From assembly GCA_003344405.1 (NCBI GenBank), contig NOWV01000199.1, forward strand, positions 1-64,000: DNA of 64,000 bases, read 5' to 3'. The notes under the pieces are model-generated. The model had not been told where the DNA came from and ran no database searches. It saw only the letters and a list, made by a program, of their open reading frames with translations. Position numbers and translations under genes: made by a program. Each line of letters opens with the position of its first letter. The first letter of the stretch is position 1. Positions 37,347 through 50,312 of the stretch are shown here, piece by piece. Origin of the DNA: Trichoplax sp. H2. Lineage: Eukaryota.

Positions 37347-40300
37347 ATGCTGGCTCGAAAATTACTGAACATAGTCCAAGCAGGAAATGGCAATGGATGG
37401 CGTCATATCAGCAGCAGGATAGCTATCAGGTTGTACAGCCAGTTTGCACAAAATGTGAACGATCAACTATTTAACTTAAGTGAAGAAGAAACCCAGGTAG
37501 AAATGAAAATAAAAAGTAGAGTAAAATGATCGCTTTCTCACTAACTTATCATGACAGTTGTTTCTGTTATCGAGTGTAAAGATCGCCACTATCGAAAGAA
37601 TGATTAATTATATTCCGTAGAATAATCATTGATTAGCAATCGTTTTTATACAGTAGGTGGTAGATCCAAGCTAATCTGGCTGATCGATCTTCTTGCTAAC
37701 GTACAGTTGGTAGTAGGTCTATGCTAATCGATCGATTTCTCTTGCTATCCTTGCAGAATCAGTCATTGAACATAGGGCATACAGTACACATGTTGATCAT
37801 AAACGTAAACGTACTACAACTTAGCAATTGTATGCTAGGGATAACGATCGTGGATAGGATGCTGTTTACATGACAGTATCGTTGCTATCATCATCTTAAC
37901 GAATAGAAGCCGATAGCCCTTAGTGTTGCATGCATAATGCAAACGCTTTGCCGAACTTGGGTGTACTACTTCAAACTATCCATGTTTAAAAGTCATTTCA
38001 CTAATGTTATCGTCAAAACTGAATAAACAGTCTATGGTATAGCAGCAAATTCTCTAGATTGCAGCAGGTCGTGTAATGCATTAAGTTCCATGACAGTTGT
38101 TTCTGCTGTTGGGCACAAAGATCGCCACTATCGAAGTAATCATTAGCAATCATTCTCATACAGTAGACGGTAGATCCAAGCTAATCAGGCTAATTGATCT
38201 ATTTTTCTTGCCGTCCTTACAAATCAGTTATTTGACATAGAGCATACACACGTTGATCCTAAACGTAAACGTACTACAACTTAGCAAGTATATACTAGGG
38301 ATAGCAATCGTAGATAGGATGTTGTTTATATGACAGTATATAACTAAATGGATGATTCCTACCATCATCATAATGAATACGTAGAAGCTGCTGCCTCTTA
38401 GTGTTGCATGCATAATGCAATCGGCTTGCCGAACTTGGGTGCATTGCATCGAACTATTAATATCTTAAAGCCATTTCGCTAATGTTATCGTCAAAACTGA
38501 ATTGACAGTCTATGGTATAGCAGCAAATTCTCTAGAGTGTAGCTGGTCGTAGAATGCATTCAGTTACAGATTTTGATCCAGTGGCGCTCATTTTAGATAC
38601 ATACACGTATTTTAATAAAATAATATCGGTAGCAATATCGTTATTGTACTGTAATTTACTCCGCTCCTGCATGGCTTCAGACGTTTAGTTCTAATATCTC
38701 ACTTGTATATTCCATTACCATTGTAGTGGAGAATGGCTGTTCGCAAGTTTATGGATGATGAGATAGAGCCGATTGCTGCAAAAACTGATCGGGAAGACAA
38801 TATTCCTAACCTTCGTCAACTATGGCGAAAATTTGGTGATATGGGCTTACTGGGCATAACTGCTCCAGCAGAGTATGGCGGGAGTGCTAGCACTTACCTT
38901 TATCAAGCTCTTGCCTTTGAAGAGGCTTCTCGAGTCAGTCCTGGTATTTCTCTAAGTTTAGGCGCTCACGGAAACCTATGTGTTAACCAAATTGTCAGAA
39001 ATGGAAATGATGAAATAAAAGAAAGATATTTACCTAAGGTGTTACAATTCATGGGATCAACTTTTCACTTTTACTTTTTGATACATCTTTTCTGAAGCTG
39101 AAGCTAAAAGAATATGCTAAGAATGGAAGCTATTCATGACCTGATGTACACTTATTGTAATAATATTGTTATTTATATTATATATAGCTCATTAGTGGTG
39201 AACATATAGGAGCCTTGGCTATGAGTGAAGCTAATGCCGGCAGCGACGTTGTTTCAATGAAATTAAAGGCGGAGAAGAAAGGTTACTTGTTACATTAAAT
39301 GTTATGACTTTGAGCACGTAATTATAATTTAGGTCAAGGATATCTAAATAGTTGATAGCAACTTGATACTTCATCTGTCATAGACATACTAGCAAGAAAC
39401 ACAATATTATATTTCTATAATGTTTACATTCTAAATGTTCTATCATTAGGGGACTACTATATCTTGAACGGTAGCAAATTTTGGATTACCAATGGATATT
39501 TTGCGGATACTTATCTGGTTTATGCTAAAACGGATCCCAATGCTCATCAACGTGGTATTACTACATTCATTATCGAAAAGGTTCGTACAGCATTGCACAA
39601 TCTATATTACGACTTGGCTCATAGCTGTGAGTATGTTATATAACTTGCTACAAGTACGAAAAGAAGCAAGATGTATGTGTATAATTACTTTTTATGCAGT
39701 TATCATACCATGATAGAGAATAGGTATATAATAACAATCTCTTCAATTACTAGGACTTTCCTGGATTCTCTGTTGCTCAAAAGCTAGACAAACTCGGAAT
39801 GCGCGGTAGTGGAACGTGTGAACTTATCTTTGAAGACTGCAAAGTTCCAGCCAAGAATATTGTAGGCAAAGTAAATAAAGGTATTCTAGTGATGAACTTC
39901 AATTTCTTTATCATCATTTTTAAGATCATCCATCACATGCTAACGATTTACTGCTGTTTATAATCAAAATTGCAAAAGGTGTTTATGTTCTCATGAGTGG
40001 CCTAGATATTGAAAGAGCTGTTTTAGCTGCTGGCGGTATCGGTCTAATGCAGAAAGCAATTGAAATAGTTTACCCTTACGTCCATGAGCGAAAACAGTTT
40101 GATACCCCAATTGGACAATTCCAAGTATTCATTACTTGTGTTTTAATATTAACCGTGTCTAGTCATTAGTGATATTGTAATTAAATGTGACTGATTGATC
40201 TTTATTCTAAGAACAACTTTTTTTTCTTCTCTTAGTTAATACAAGGTAAACTAGCCAATATGTATAATGCCATCAATGTGAGTCGTAGCTACCTATACAA

Positions 40301-41032
40301 TGTCTTAAGAGCTTGTGATCGCGGTCAAATACGTAGTGCTGTAAGTTGTTTTATTTCAAATTGTTGATTTCTACCATCGCTTCTGGCGAATAATAGATAT
40401 TACCATTTTTAATTTATAGAAAAATTTATTGCTTGTAATTGTGTGTATTCATTATGATGCGTATTTTATAATAGGACTGTTGTGCTGTAACTCTTTACAT
40501 ATCTGAGGAAGCGACAAAGACAATCTTGGATGCAATTCAATGCCTAGGTAAATTTATGAATACACACATCTATTTAACCACTGTGTAAGTTAATTGCTAG
40601 CGGAAAGGGTTAGTACCTAGCACTCCTACGTTGTGCTGGAATGAAAGTATAGAACTGTAGCGTACAGTTGTGTAGTTTAGCTTCTTGTCGTTCATGGTAT
40701 TTTTACCAGTTAAATAGATTCAAATGTTTTTAATACAAGTAAATATGGTAGCATTTTTAAATAATCTATGCATACATTGTGCAGTAGTTGCATTACAATC
40801 AGCTTATAGTAAATATGTGAATACCGGTAACTATTTTGAATAATTGGAGTAGCATGTAGTAAAAATAAATATCTTATGCCTGTTCTCAGGTGGTAATGGT
40901 TACGTAAACGACTATCCTCTTGGACGGATGCTACGTGATAGTAAAATATTCGAAATTGGTGGTGGTACGAATCAGATTCGACAATTGGTTATAGGTAGAT
41001 TTATCAACAATCATTACTTGACACCAAAGTAA
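37347..41032 (+). CDS. IVD: Isovaleryl-CoA dehydrogenase, mitochondrial
   Basis: Exons ~37347-37496, 38727-39038 ([15 protein letters not shown]...[17 protein letters not shown]), 39188-39281 ([25 protein letters not shown]), 39450-39580 ([11 protein letters not shown]), 39754-39880 ([24 protein letters not shown]), 39979-40124 ([17 protein letters not shown], carrying the IVD-type catalytic Glu), 40236-40340, 40475-40547 and 40890-41032. Confidence 0.95.
37551..38565. repeat. Two-copy ~540/475-bp duplication filling IVD intron 1
   Basis: atgacagttgtttctg..aaagatcgccactatcgaa at 37551 and 38090, colinear through cagtctatggtatagcagcaaattctctaga. Confidence 0.92.
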
Positions 41033-41969
41033 GGCCAAACTTGCAATGAAAAATTAAAGTCATGGACATTAACGAATTCGCATATTAATCTAGCATTAAA
41101 ATTTAAATATAACATAAATGCCAATCAATACGCTACTGTGGATAAAATGTAGATTAATAGCCGAAATGCATATATGTCAACTTTGCCATATGGATACGTG
41201 TAAAAGATTCACCAGAACTTAGTAATCCATCTCTATTGCTAACATCTTTGCGATGAGATCAGATAGATTGTAATTTATCGTCTGCAATTGCATCGGAATG
41301 AACTATTTATGAAAAAAGGATAAAATAAACAACTCGCGACAAAACAAATTATCCATACCAGAGATCTGTAACAATGTAATGGACACTGACGACGGTAACG
41401 TGCCGCTGTCGCAAATATCTGATCTATACTATGTACAGATATTTTTTATTAGACTAGTTGCGGCAAATTTTTTGATACTATTTAATACTCGTATTTTAAA
41501 TGCAGGTGATAAGAAACTGATTGCATAATTATAAATTTTTACTCTATTAAAAGTCTGCTATTCAGCAATAAAAAAATACGTTCCTAGTGTCATAAGTGCT
41601 TGTAGTGATTTCAGCTAATTACAGTAGTTTTACAGTGCTACAAACATGATCCATGCTAAATCTATCTTGAAGATATTTTTGTAGCTGTTTTCCTAAACTT
41701 GCAGCACGATATCCTTTCACATTTGATTAATTCAATCTTCTTTTCACGGATGCCTAAAAGTTGATTCGATACTAAATAGAATACTTATCTACTCGAACTA
41801 CTGTATTCATACTATTACTGGGCAAAAATAACGAAAGAAGCTCAATATAGCTCATAGTGTATAATTTCAGTTTTTATTTACATTATCCATGCAGCATCCA
41901 GTGCTGGTTGGAAAGTTGCTGGGCAAGATGTTCTTCATGTAGTTAAGTGTCGATCTGAATTTTAGTGAA

Positions 41970-44475
41970 GCTAGGATATACGTAAAAGCCGCTCCCTTCC
42001 TATCCTATAAATTCATTAATGAATATAAACCTGAAGAATGCTATACTTAAGAAAAGTTGTTGTGCTAGGGAAATGATGTCATTGTGATGGCAATCTATCT
42101 CTGCATAGGAAGCTATCGTTAGTGCTGAGGGCGAGTATACGTAATTAACTTGCTGCTACTGTAAAAACCGTTTTAACGGTTAAGAAATTTATCATATAGT
42201 TGAGTATGGATTAGAATTTTAACTAAGCTATCCAAATAATTTGCTTTGTCTAAACTATCATTAGTGCTGGAGGCGAGTATACGTAATTAACTTGCTGCTA
42301 CTGTAAAAACCGCCGTAGCCGTTTAGTTATTTTCTTCCTGTAGTTGAGTATGGATCAGAATTTTAACTAAGCTAGTACGAGCATATACGTAAAAGCCGCT
42401 CCCCTTTCCTCCGTTCCTATGCTATAAACTCATTATTAATGAGTAGGCTAATACTGAGGAATGCTATACTTAAGAAATGATGTCAATGCAATGGCAATCT
42501 AGCTCTGCATAGGGTGCTATCCAAATGATTTGCTATGCCTAAACTATCATTAATGCTAGAGGCAAGTATACGTAATTAACTTGCTGCTACTGTAAAAACC
42601 GCCGTAGCCGTTATTTTCTTCCTGCAGTTGTAGAGTATGGACGAGAATTTTAACTAAGCTAGTACGAGCATATACGTAAAAGCCGCTCCCCTTTCCTTCC
42701 TTCCTATGCTATAAACTCATTATTAATGAGTAGGCTAATACTGAGGAATGCTATACTTAAGAAATGATATCATTGCAATGGCAATCTAGCTCTGCATAGG
42801 TTGCTATCCAAATGATTTGCTATGCCTAAACTTTCATTAATGCTAGAGGCGAGTATACGTAATTAACTTGCTGCTACTGTAAAAACCGCCGTAGCCGTTT
42901 CGCTATTTTCTTCCTGCAGTTGAGTATGGATGAGAATTTTAACTAAGCTAGTACGAGTCTACACGTAAAAGCCGCTCCCCTTTCCCTCCCCTCCTATGCT
43001 ATAAATTCATTCTTGATGAATAGGTGACAGCCAATATCCGAAGTTGGCTAATATTGAGGAATGCTATACTTAAAGAAATGATATCATTGCAATGGCAATC
43101 CAGCTCTGCATAGGCTGCCATCCAAATGATTTGCTTTGCCTAAACTATCATTCGTGCTAGAGGCGTGTATACGTAAGTAACTTGCTACTACTGTAAAAAC
43201 TGCATTAACGGTTAAGAAATTTTTCATATAGTTGAGTATGGATCAGGATTTTATCTAAGCTAACCAAATGATTCGCTTTGTCTAAATTATCATTGGTGCT
43301 GAGGCGAATATACGTAATTAACTTGCTGCTACAGTAAAAACCGCTTTAATTAAGAGTTAAGCTATTTTCTTCCTGCAGTTGAGTACGGATAAGAATTTTA
43401 AATAAGCTCGTACGAGTCTAGACGAGTACGAGCTTATTTAGTACGAGTTTATTATTATTAGTTTAGTACGAGTTTATTTAGTACGAGCTTATTTAGTACG
43501 AGTCTAGACGTAAAAGCCTTTCCCTTACCCTTTCCCTCCCTTCCTATGCTATAAATTCATTCTTGATGAATAGGTGACAGCCAATATCCGAAGTTGGCTA
43601 ATATTGAGGAATGCTGTACTTAAAGAAATGATATCATTGCAATGGCAATCTAGCTCTGCATAGGGTGCCATCCACATGATTTGCTTTGCCTACTACTATC
43701 ACCATTGCTGGAGGCGAATATTCGTTTTCTGTAGTACGTCCAGCAGAATCTTGATGACAACTGCGATTGAATAAGGTAAACTAATTAGTTTACCGTATTC
43801 GATCCCTTTTGTCTTATAGAATTAATAGAATTAATCGGAGATGATGGACAGAATGTACTGGAGTTTATTTGCTCCTCCATGCTTGCTGCAGTCAGTAGAA
43901 TATCGAATGCATCTGTTGATAGAGTACTACTGAATACTGAGCTCGATCCCGTGACTCTTCAGTCCTGGCTGTCCTGCATATCATTATTTCCTAGTATTGC
44001 TTAGTTGGAGTTCTCGCAACTCGAACGCTTTTTGCATGAGATTGATCGTGATTAGAGGTGGACGAAAGCAATAACAAGAAAAAAAATGTCGAAAATTGAT
44101 TTTTATTCCTACCTTGTNNNNNNNNNNNNNNNNNNNNTATCATTGGTGCTGAGGCGAATATACGTAATTAACTTGCTGCTACAGTAAAAACCGCTTTAAT
44201 TAAGAGTTAAGCTATTTTCTTCCTGCAGTTGAGTACGGATCAGAATTTTAAATAAGCTCGTACGAGTCTACACGTAAAAGCCGCTCCCCTTTCCCTCCCT
44301 TCCTATGCTATAAATTCATTCTTGATGAATAGGTGACAGCCAATATCCGAAGTTGGCTAATATTGAGGAATGCTGTACTTAAAGAAATGATATCATTGCA
44401 ATGGCAATCTAGCTCTGCATAGGATGCCATCCACGTGATTTGCTTTGCCTACTACTATCATCATTGCTGGAGGCG
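41970..44475. repeat. Complex tandem array upstream of the GST gene (units ~290-310 bp plus ~141-bp short units), interrupted by a duplicated promoter block and an N-gap
   Basis: Marker tatacgtaattaacttgctgctac at ~42137, 42278, 42567, 42855, 43168, 43309 and 44159. Confidence 0.93.
44118..44137. other. Assembly gap (20 N)
   Basis: Run of n characters. Confidence 1.
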
Positions 44476-44841
44476 AATATTCGTTTTCTGCTAGTACGTC
44501 CAGCAGAATCTCGATGACAACAGCGATTGAATAAGGTAAACTACAGTAATTAGTTTACCGTATTCGATCCCTTTTGTCACATATAATTAATCGGAGATGA
44601 TGGACAGAATGTACTGGAGTTTATTTGCTCCTCCATGCTTGCTGCAGTCAGTAGAATATCGAATGCATCTGTTGATAGAGTACTACTGAGTACTGAGCTC
44701 GATCCCGTGACTCATCAGTCCTGGCTGTCCTGCATATCATTATTTCCTAGTATTGCTTAGTTGGAGTTCTCGCAACTCGAACGCTTTTTGCATGAGATTG
44801 ATCGTGATTAGAGGTGGACGAAAGCAATAACAAGAAAAAAA

Positions 44842-47167
44842 ATGTCGAAAATTGATTTTTATTCCTACCTTGTCTCGCCTCCTTGCCGTGCTGTTCATAT
44901 GTTCTTGACAGTCAACAACATCCCATTTAATTACCAAAATACTAACATCACCATAGGTAAAGTGATAGCTTGGAAGCGATATATCATTGCATGATCAACT
45001 AGATAGTTGTGTTAGATCAAGTTTATTATTTGCATCATTGATCCAATTTATTCTTTTGGGGCTATGACGTAATGGCCAAATTAAAATGATCGTGTACTAT
45101 ATTAGTTTAGGTCCACCATAGCTTTTGAGGCGCTACTGTACTTGTTTTTAGCACAAATCAAGGTTTGATGACTTACTTGTAGGATGGTATGCCTCCTTGC
45201 TCGAAGATGTTTGTTACAATTTTGTTGTATCTGCTTGAATAGCAATGGTGTGATTTTTTTTTTTTCAAACGTGGAGTCGTACATTGTGTACAAGTTCCAA
45301 CAGTGCTGCTGTGCTTGCTTTTAAGTACTGATGAAGATTGATGGAATAGGATGGATTGTTTCCCCTTGCTCGAAGTTGTTAGTTTTTGAATGTGTACGAA
45401 TAACGTTGTATCCAGTTGCATGTCGATCTGACAAAGGTTCGCTCGACAGTCTACAAAAGTGGCAGCTTGATTTTGCATCAGCAATCTGCAGAAATTAGTG
45501 CGTCTTTTTCTATCGATATACGAATGTATTTGCATCCTGTTACAAGTGATGCTGTGCTGCTGTACTTGCTTTACTACAAATTAAGATTGGAAGGGAAAAT
45601 GATGAATTACTCCCTAGTTTTTTTCATTTACCAATGGCGTTGTATGCAATGCAGCAATGCAATGAACAACAACGGCCCTAAAATAGTTTGGCTAGGGTTT
45701 TCTTTTTCTCTATTACGTATACTCGTAGATTGCATTTCAACCTGAATGGTGCATAAATAATAGTATCAATCTTCCATGGATAAAATAGGTGAGCAACGCA
45801 AAGAGGAATTTCTGAAAGTGAACCCGCATGGAAAAGTTCCTGTAATCAAAGACGGAGATTTCTGCCTTACGGAAAGGTAATAAACTAGCCATTCAGGATA
45901 CCATCCTATTTTAGATCTTTCTAGACTTTTAAATACCACACTACCCAGCTATACTAAGACTAAGAGAAATTGAATCCATCTTACCGTCAGCAGTCGATCC
46001 TTTAGTAATATTAGTAGATGTATTTCTTGCTTAGTTACGCAAACTACCCCTTGCATTCACATAAGCGTAGGTTGTCAATATTGAAAAGCTTTCAATTTAT
46101 GGTGCAATTAAACTTACTTTGCTTTTCCTTGCACTTTCAGCGTTGCCATCATCCAATATTTGGCGGAAAAATATTCCACACCTGATCATTGGTATCCTCG
46201 TGATCCAGTACGTAGGGCAAGAGTTGATGAATTCTTATCATGGCATCAAACCAATACTAGATTAAATGCTGGAGGCTTATTCTTCAACGTGGTATGTGCA
46301 AAATTGAAATTGAATGACCACAGTGTTAAAAATATCAATGTTAAATTAGAGACATGAGCTGTTTCCTATCTAGTCACTACGAGAATGTTCCTTAGTTAGT
46401 GCTTCAGTAGAACCCTGAAAATTCCAATTTAATAATCAATGTCCAATCTGTTTACGTATCGATTGACTTATAAACTAATTATACACTATTGAAAATGGTT
46501 GATGCTGCTATAGTCGTAGGCCATAATTATTGTAGTTATGAATTGCTCGTTAATCTCAAGTAAGCCTTGCAAGGCACTGAAATAAGCAAGATAGCCTACT
46601 TCTACCTAATAAACGTATTTCTTGGATGTTAATGACATGGACAGATTGTATAACGGTAAATGCAGTGATATCCAGTACTAGATGCCCATCAAAGATGCTT
46701 TCAGATATACTGTTGAAACTAGCAATCCATGGATAATTTCAGCACTTTTTTCTCCATTTGATATATGCTTTTACATTGATTGTTATTCTATGGTAACTCC
46801 CTTATAAATTTGATATACTGTGCGCGTACTTTCGTAGATAGTAGTAGCCAAGATAAGAAACCAACCTAGAAATGAAGAGGCCATCAAGGAACGCAAGGAA
46901 AAATTAAAGGCCAACCTTGAAATCATTGAGAATCACTTCTTGAAGGGTCGCAATTTCCTTGGTGGCGATGAAATTTCTATTGCTGATATCGTTGGAATCG
47001 TTGAAATTGCTCAGAATGAATATATTGGCGTGGATGCTGGCAAAGATCGACCCAATATTAAAGCATGGCGAGAGCGAGTCGTTGCTAAACTAGGTTCCAG
47101 TTTTACTACAGCTCATGAACTTTTGGCCCAAACTGCCGCAAAGTACAATGTTGTCGAGCCATTTTAG
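44842..47167 (+). CDS. Glutathione S-transferase, theta-like
   Basis: Exons 44842-44956 (MSKIDFYSYLVSPPCRAVHMFLTVNNIPF), 45789-45876 (EFLKVNPHGKVPVIKDGDFCLTES), 46141-46271 (VAIIQYLAEKYSTPDHWYPRDPVRRARVDEFLSWHQT) and 46838-47167 (FLGGDEISIADI). The Ser-x-Pro-Cys active-site motif and HWYP are typical of theta class. Confidence 0.93.
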
Positions 47168-47569
47168 TAACTCTTCACCTTTCGACACTGGAGTGCCAAT
47201 ATTGCATTTCTGCACTATTATGCATGATCATCGATCAATGATCTCGCTTTACTCTTATCCTTTTAGTGCAATGTAGAACGGTAAGGCAAGTTATTGCTCG
47301 GTCTATAAAATGAGTATGTAGCCTAGGACTCGTTTATTTTACTTGTCATTTAAGTAGGAAACGTCTAAAGACACTCGCATAATAGGCTATAGGATTATAC
47401 GTATTTGTTGAACTGCTTGAAGGGCTCATGAATATGTAAGTTCTACCATGCTTTAGCGTTTGGATAGAACATTTGCGTACTTAGTTTTGACGGATGCGCC
47501 CATAAAATAAAATTGAACTAATGACATCAGGATCAGGTTACGTTCTCATTGTGATTGCTCTACCCTCGT

Positions 47570-47960
47570 AAATCCTTCAACTCACAGATAGTAGAATAAA
47601 GTAACAGATTGGATTTTCATCCTCTTGGTTACTGTACCCTCTTGAAAACCCTCAACTCCCAGATAGTAGAATAGTAAGCACCTATTTCATCTTGGCTATT
47701 GTATCCTCCTAAAATCTTCAACTCTCAGTGCTGTAGAATATACGATCATCACAGGTTCCCTATTCATCTTGACTACTCTATCCTCCTAAAATCTTTAACT
47801 TTCAGACATTACTGTAGAATATACTATCGTCGCAGGTTCCCTATTTCATCTTGACTACTCTATCCTCCTGAAATCTTTAACTCTCAGATATTACTGTAGA
47901 ATATACTATCGTCACAGGTTCTCTATTTCATCTTGACTACTCTATCCTGCTGAAATCTAT
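47570..47960. repeat. Tandem array of about 5 units of ~70-82 bp downstream of the GST gene
   Basis: ttcatcttg(a/g)cta..tatcctcct.aaatct at ~47616, 47686, 47763, 47846 and 47927. Confidence 0.9.
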
Positions 47961-48397
47961 GATTTCCTTTCCTAGTAAAAGGATAATATCCGAATTGAGA
48001 TTGCCTTTAAACGTTCATCATTTTACAGAAGTAGAAGGAATCTTATCATTGCATTTCCTGGCAAAAGGATAATATCCGAATTCAGATCAATCCTTATTAC
48101 CAATGGTAGTATTATAATTAGTTAGCATTGAATGCTCACTCAGCTAATAATTGCAGCGATTGCTAATAGAAGAATTGCATAAACTGATGCATTGAAGTCT
48201 ATTTAATGTCCGATATTTTCTTTTTAGCTCCAATGCTAACAAGACCATTGCATTGCATTGCATTGCTGCCCTGTTATAGCCTACAGGTGATCGTATATTG
48301 CCATTCTATGGATACCTTTATATGCCACAGAATCTGCTAGCAGTTATAGATTAATTAAGGAGGTTTATTTTGCATGCTTTTGACGAACATCCTTGCC

Positions 48398-50312
48398 CGC
48401 TACCTAATGATGATGCATGATCTGAGCCGCTGGACTCCTAGCGAGATGCTCAATCTTGGAATGATAGTAGTGCATTCTCACTTTGAGTCCAACGATAGCT
48501 GCTCGCTTTCCAATATAATAAGTAATATATATATTCATGACCATTATCAAAACACAAGGGCAACGCTATTCGTAATTGATATCGTGAGCAGGTTACATGA
48601 AGAATTTCGATATCTTGAAATGCAATCAAGAATTGTTGACGAAGAAAGCTCGCTACCTCATGATGATGCATGATCCGAGTGGCTGGACTCGTAGCGAGAT
48701 GCTAAATCTAGGATAAAATAGTACAGAATGATCATAGTACATTCTCACTTTGAGCCTGTAGTGATTTCAGCGAATTACAGTAGTTTTATGTAGGCAATAC
48801 AGTGATAATATGTAGTGTAGAACTGTGTATGTCTTAATAAAGTATAGGCTATACAAGGTCGTAACTGATAGCCATATTAAGCAATGTTATTAAGCAATCT
48901 ACTAATGTCATTGATGACTCCTATGTAGAGGAGCAATGGATGATAGAATTGTTATCGTGGAGCTCAGTCGATTATCTGGTTTATCTTAGCCATTTTTGAC
49001 TGCTATTATAAGGGGAAGAAATTGGAATTCTCCCCCGACGGATGACACACGGGCGTTAATAAACTTAACTGTTAAAAGCCAATTATACGGTGTTGACTAT
49101 TTTGTATTGCATTAGGGATTTGCTTGATTTTAACAACTCAGAACTTTGAGTTGACGGATTACGAAGCTAGAGCTAACAACCCGTACACTACAGTGCCCAA
49201 CGATAGCTGCTCACTTTCCAGTATCATAGGTAGCATATACATTCATGACCATTATCGAAACACAAGAGCAAAGCTATTCGTAATTTAGATCGTGAGCTGG
49301 TTACATGAAGAATTCTCGACGAAGAAAGCTCGCTACCTCATGATGCATGATCCAAGTGGCTAGACTCGTAGCGAGATGCTACATCTTGGATAAAATAGTA
49401 CAGAATGATAGAAGTCTATTCTCACTTTGAGCCCAACGATAGCTGCTCACTTTCCAGTAGAATAGGTAGCATATACAGTCATGATCATTATCGAAAGACA
49501 AGAGCAAAACCATTCGTAATTTAGATCGTGAGCTGGTTACATGAAGAATTCCGACATCATGAAATGCAATCAAGAATTCTTGACGAAGAAAGCTCGCTAC
49601 CTCATGATGATGCATGATCCAAGTGGCTAGACTCGTAGCGAGATGCTACATCTTGGATAAAATAGTACAGAATAATCATAGTCTATTCTCACTTTGAGCC
49701 CAACGATAGCTGCTCACTTTCCAGTAGAATAGGTAGCATATCCAGTCATGACCATTATCGAAACACGAGAGCAAAGCTATTCGTAATTTAGATCGTGAGC
49801 AGGTTACATGAAGAATTCTTGACGAAGAAAGCTCGCTACCTCATGATGATGCATGATCCAAGTGGCTAGACTCGTAGCGAGATGCTACATCTTGGATAAA
49901 ATAGTACAGAATGATAGAAGTCTATTCTCACTTTGAGCCCAACGATAGCTGCTCACTTTCCAGTATCATAGGTAGCATATACATTCATGACCATTATCGA
50001 AACACAAGAGCAAAGCTATTCGTAATTTAGATCGTGAGCTGGTTACATGAAGAATTCTTGACGAAGAAAGCTCGCTACCTCATGATGATGCATGATCCAA
50101 GTGGCTAGACTCGTAGCGAGATGCTAAATCTTGGATAAAATAGTACAGAATGATAGAAGTCTATTCTCACTTTGAGCCCAACGATAGCTGCTCACTTTCC
50201 AGTAGAATAGGTAGCATATCCAGTCATGACCATTATCGAAACATAAGGGCAAAGCCATTTGTCATTTAGATCGTGAGCAGGTTACATGAAGAATTTCCGA
50301 CATCTTGAAATC
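48398..50312. repeat. Tandem array of about 6 units (239-264 bp) upstream of NUP88, with one unit split by an insertion
   Basis: Marker gaaagctcgctacctcatgatg at ~48644, 49324, 49588, 49827 and 50066. Confidence 0.95.
48756..49194. mobile_element. Candidate non-autonomous insertion (~440 bp) with short inverted termini
   Basis: It interrupts the array motif ctttgagcccaacgat. It begins ctgtagtg and ends cactacag(t), with a gc/gcc duplication flanking. Bases 48757-48788 recur at 41601-41632 (31/32 identical). Confidence 0.6.

Noticed and set aside
1..41032. Functional cluster of mitochondrial genes (COX11-like, MCU, IVD)
   Set aside because: Unrelated pathways interspersed with other genes; compatible with chance.
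45102..45745. 120 aa (-) and 109 aa (+) ORFs in GST intron 1
   Set aside because: No recognisable motifs and they cross a long T run. I cannot support either a nested gene or a transposon.
48374..49615. ORFs beginning MHHHEVASF and an overlapping 99 aa ORF
   Set aside because: They derive from array units, and indels between copies break the frames.
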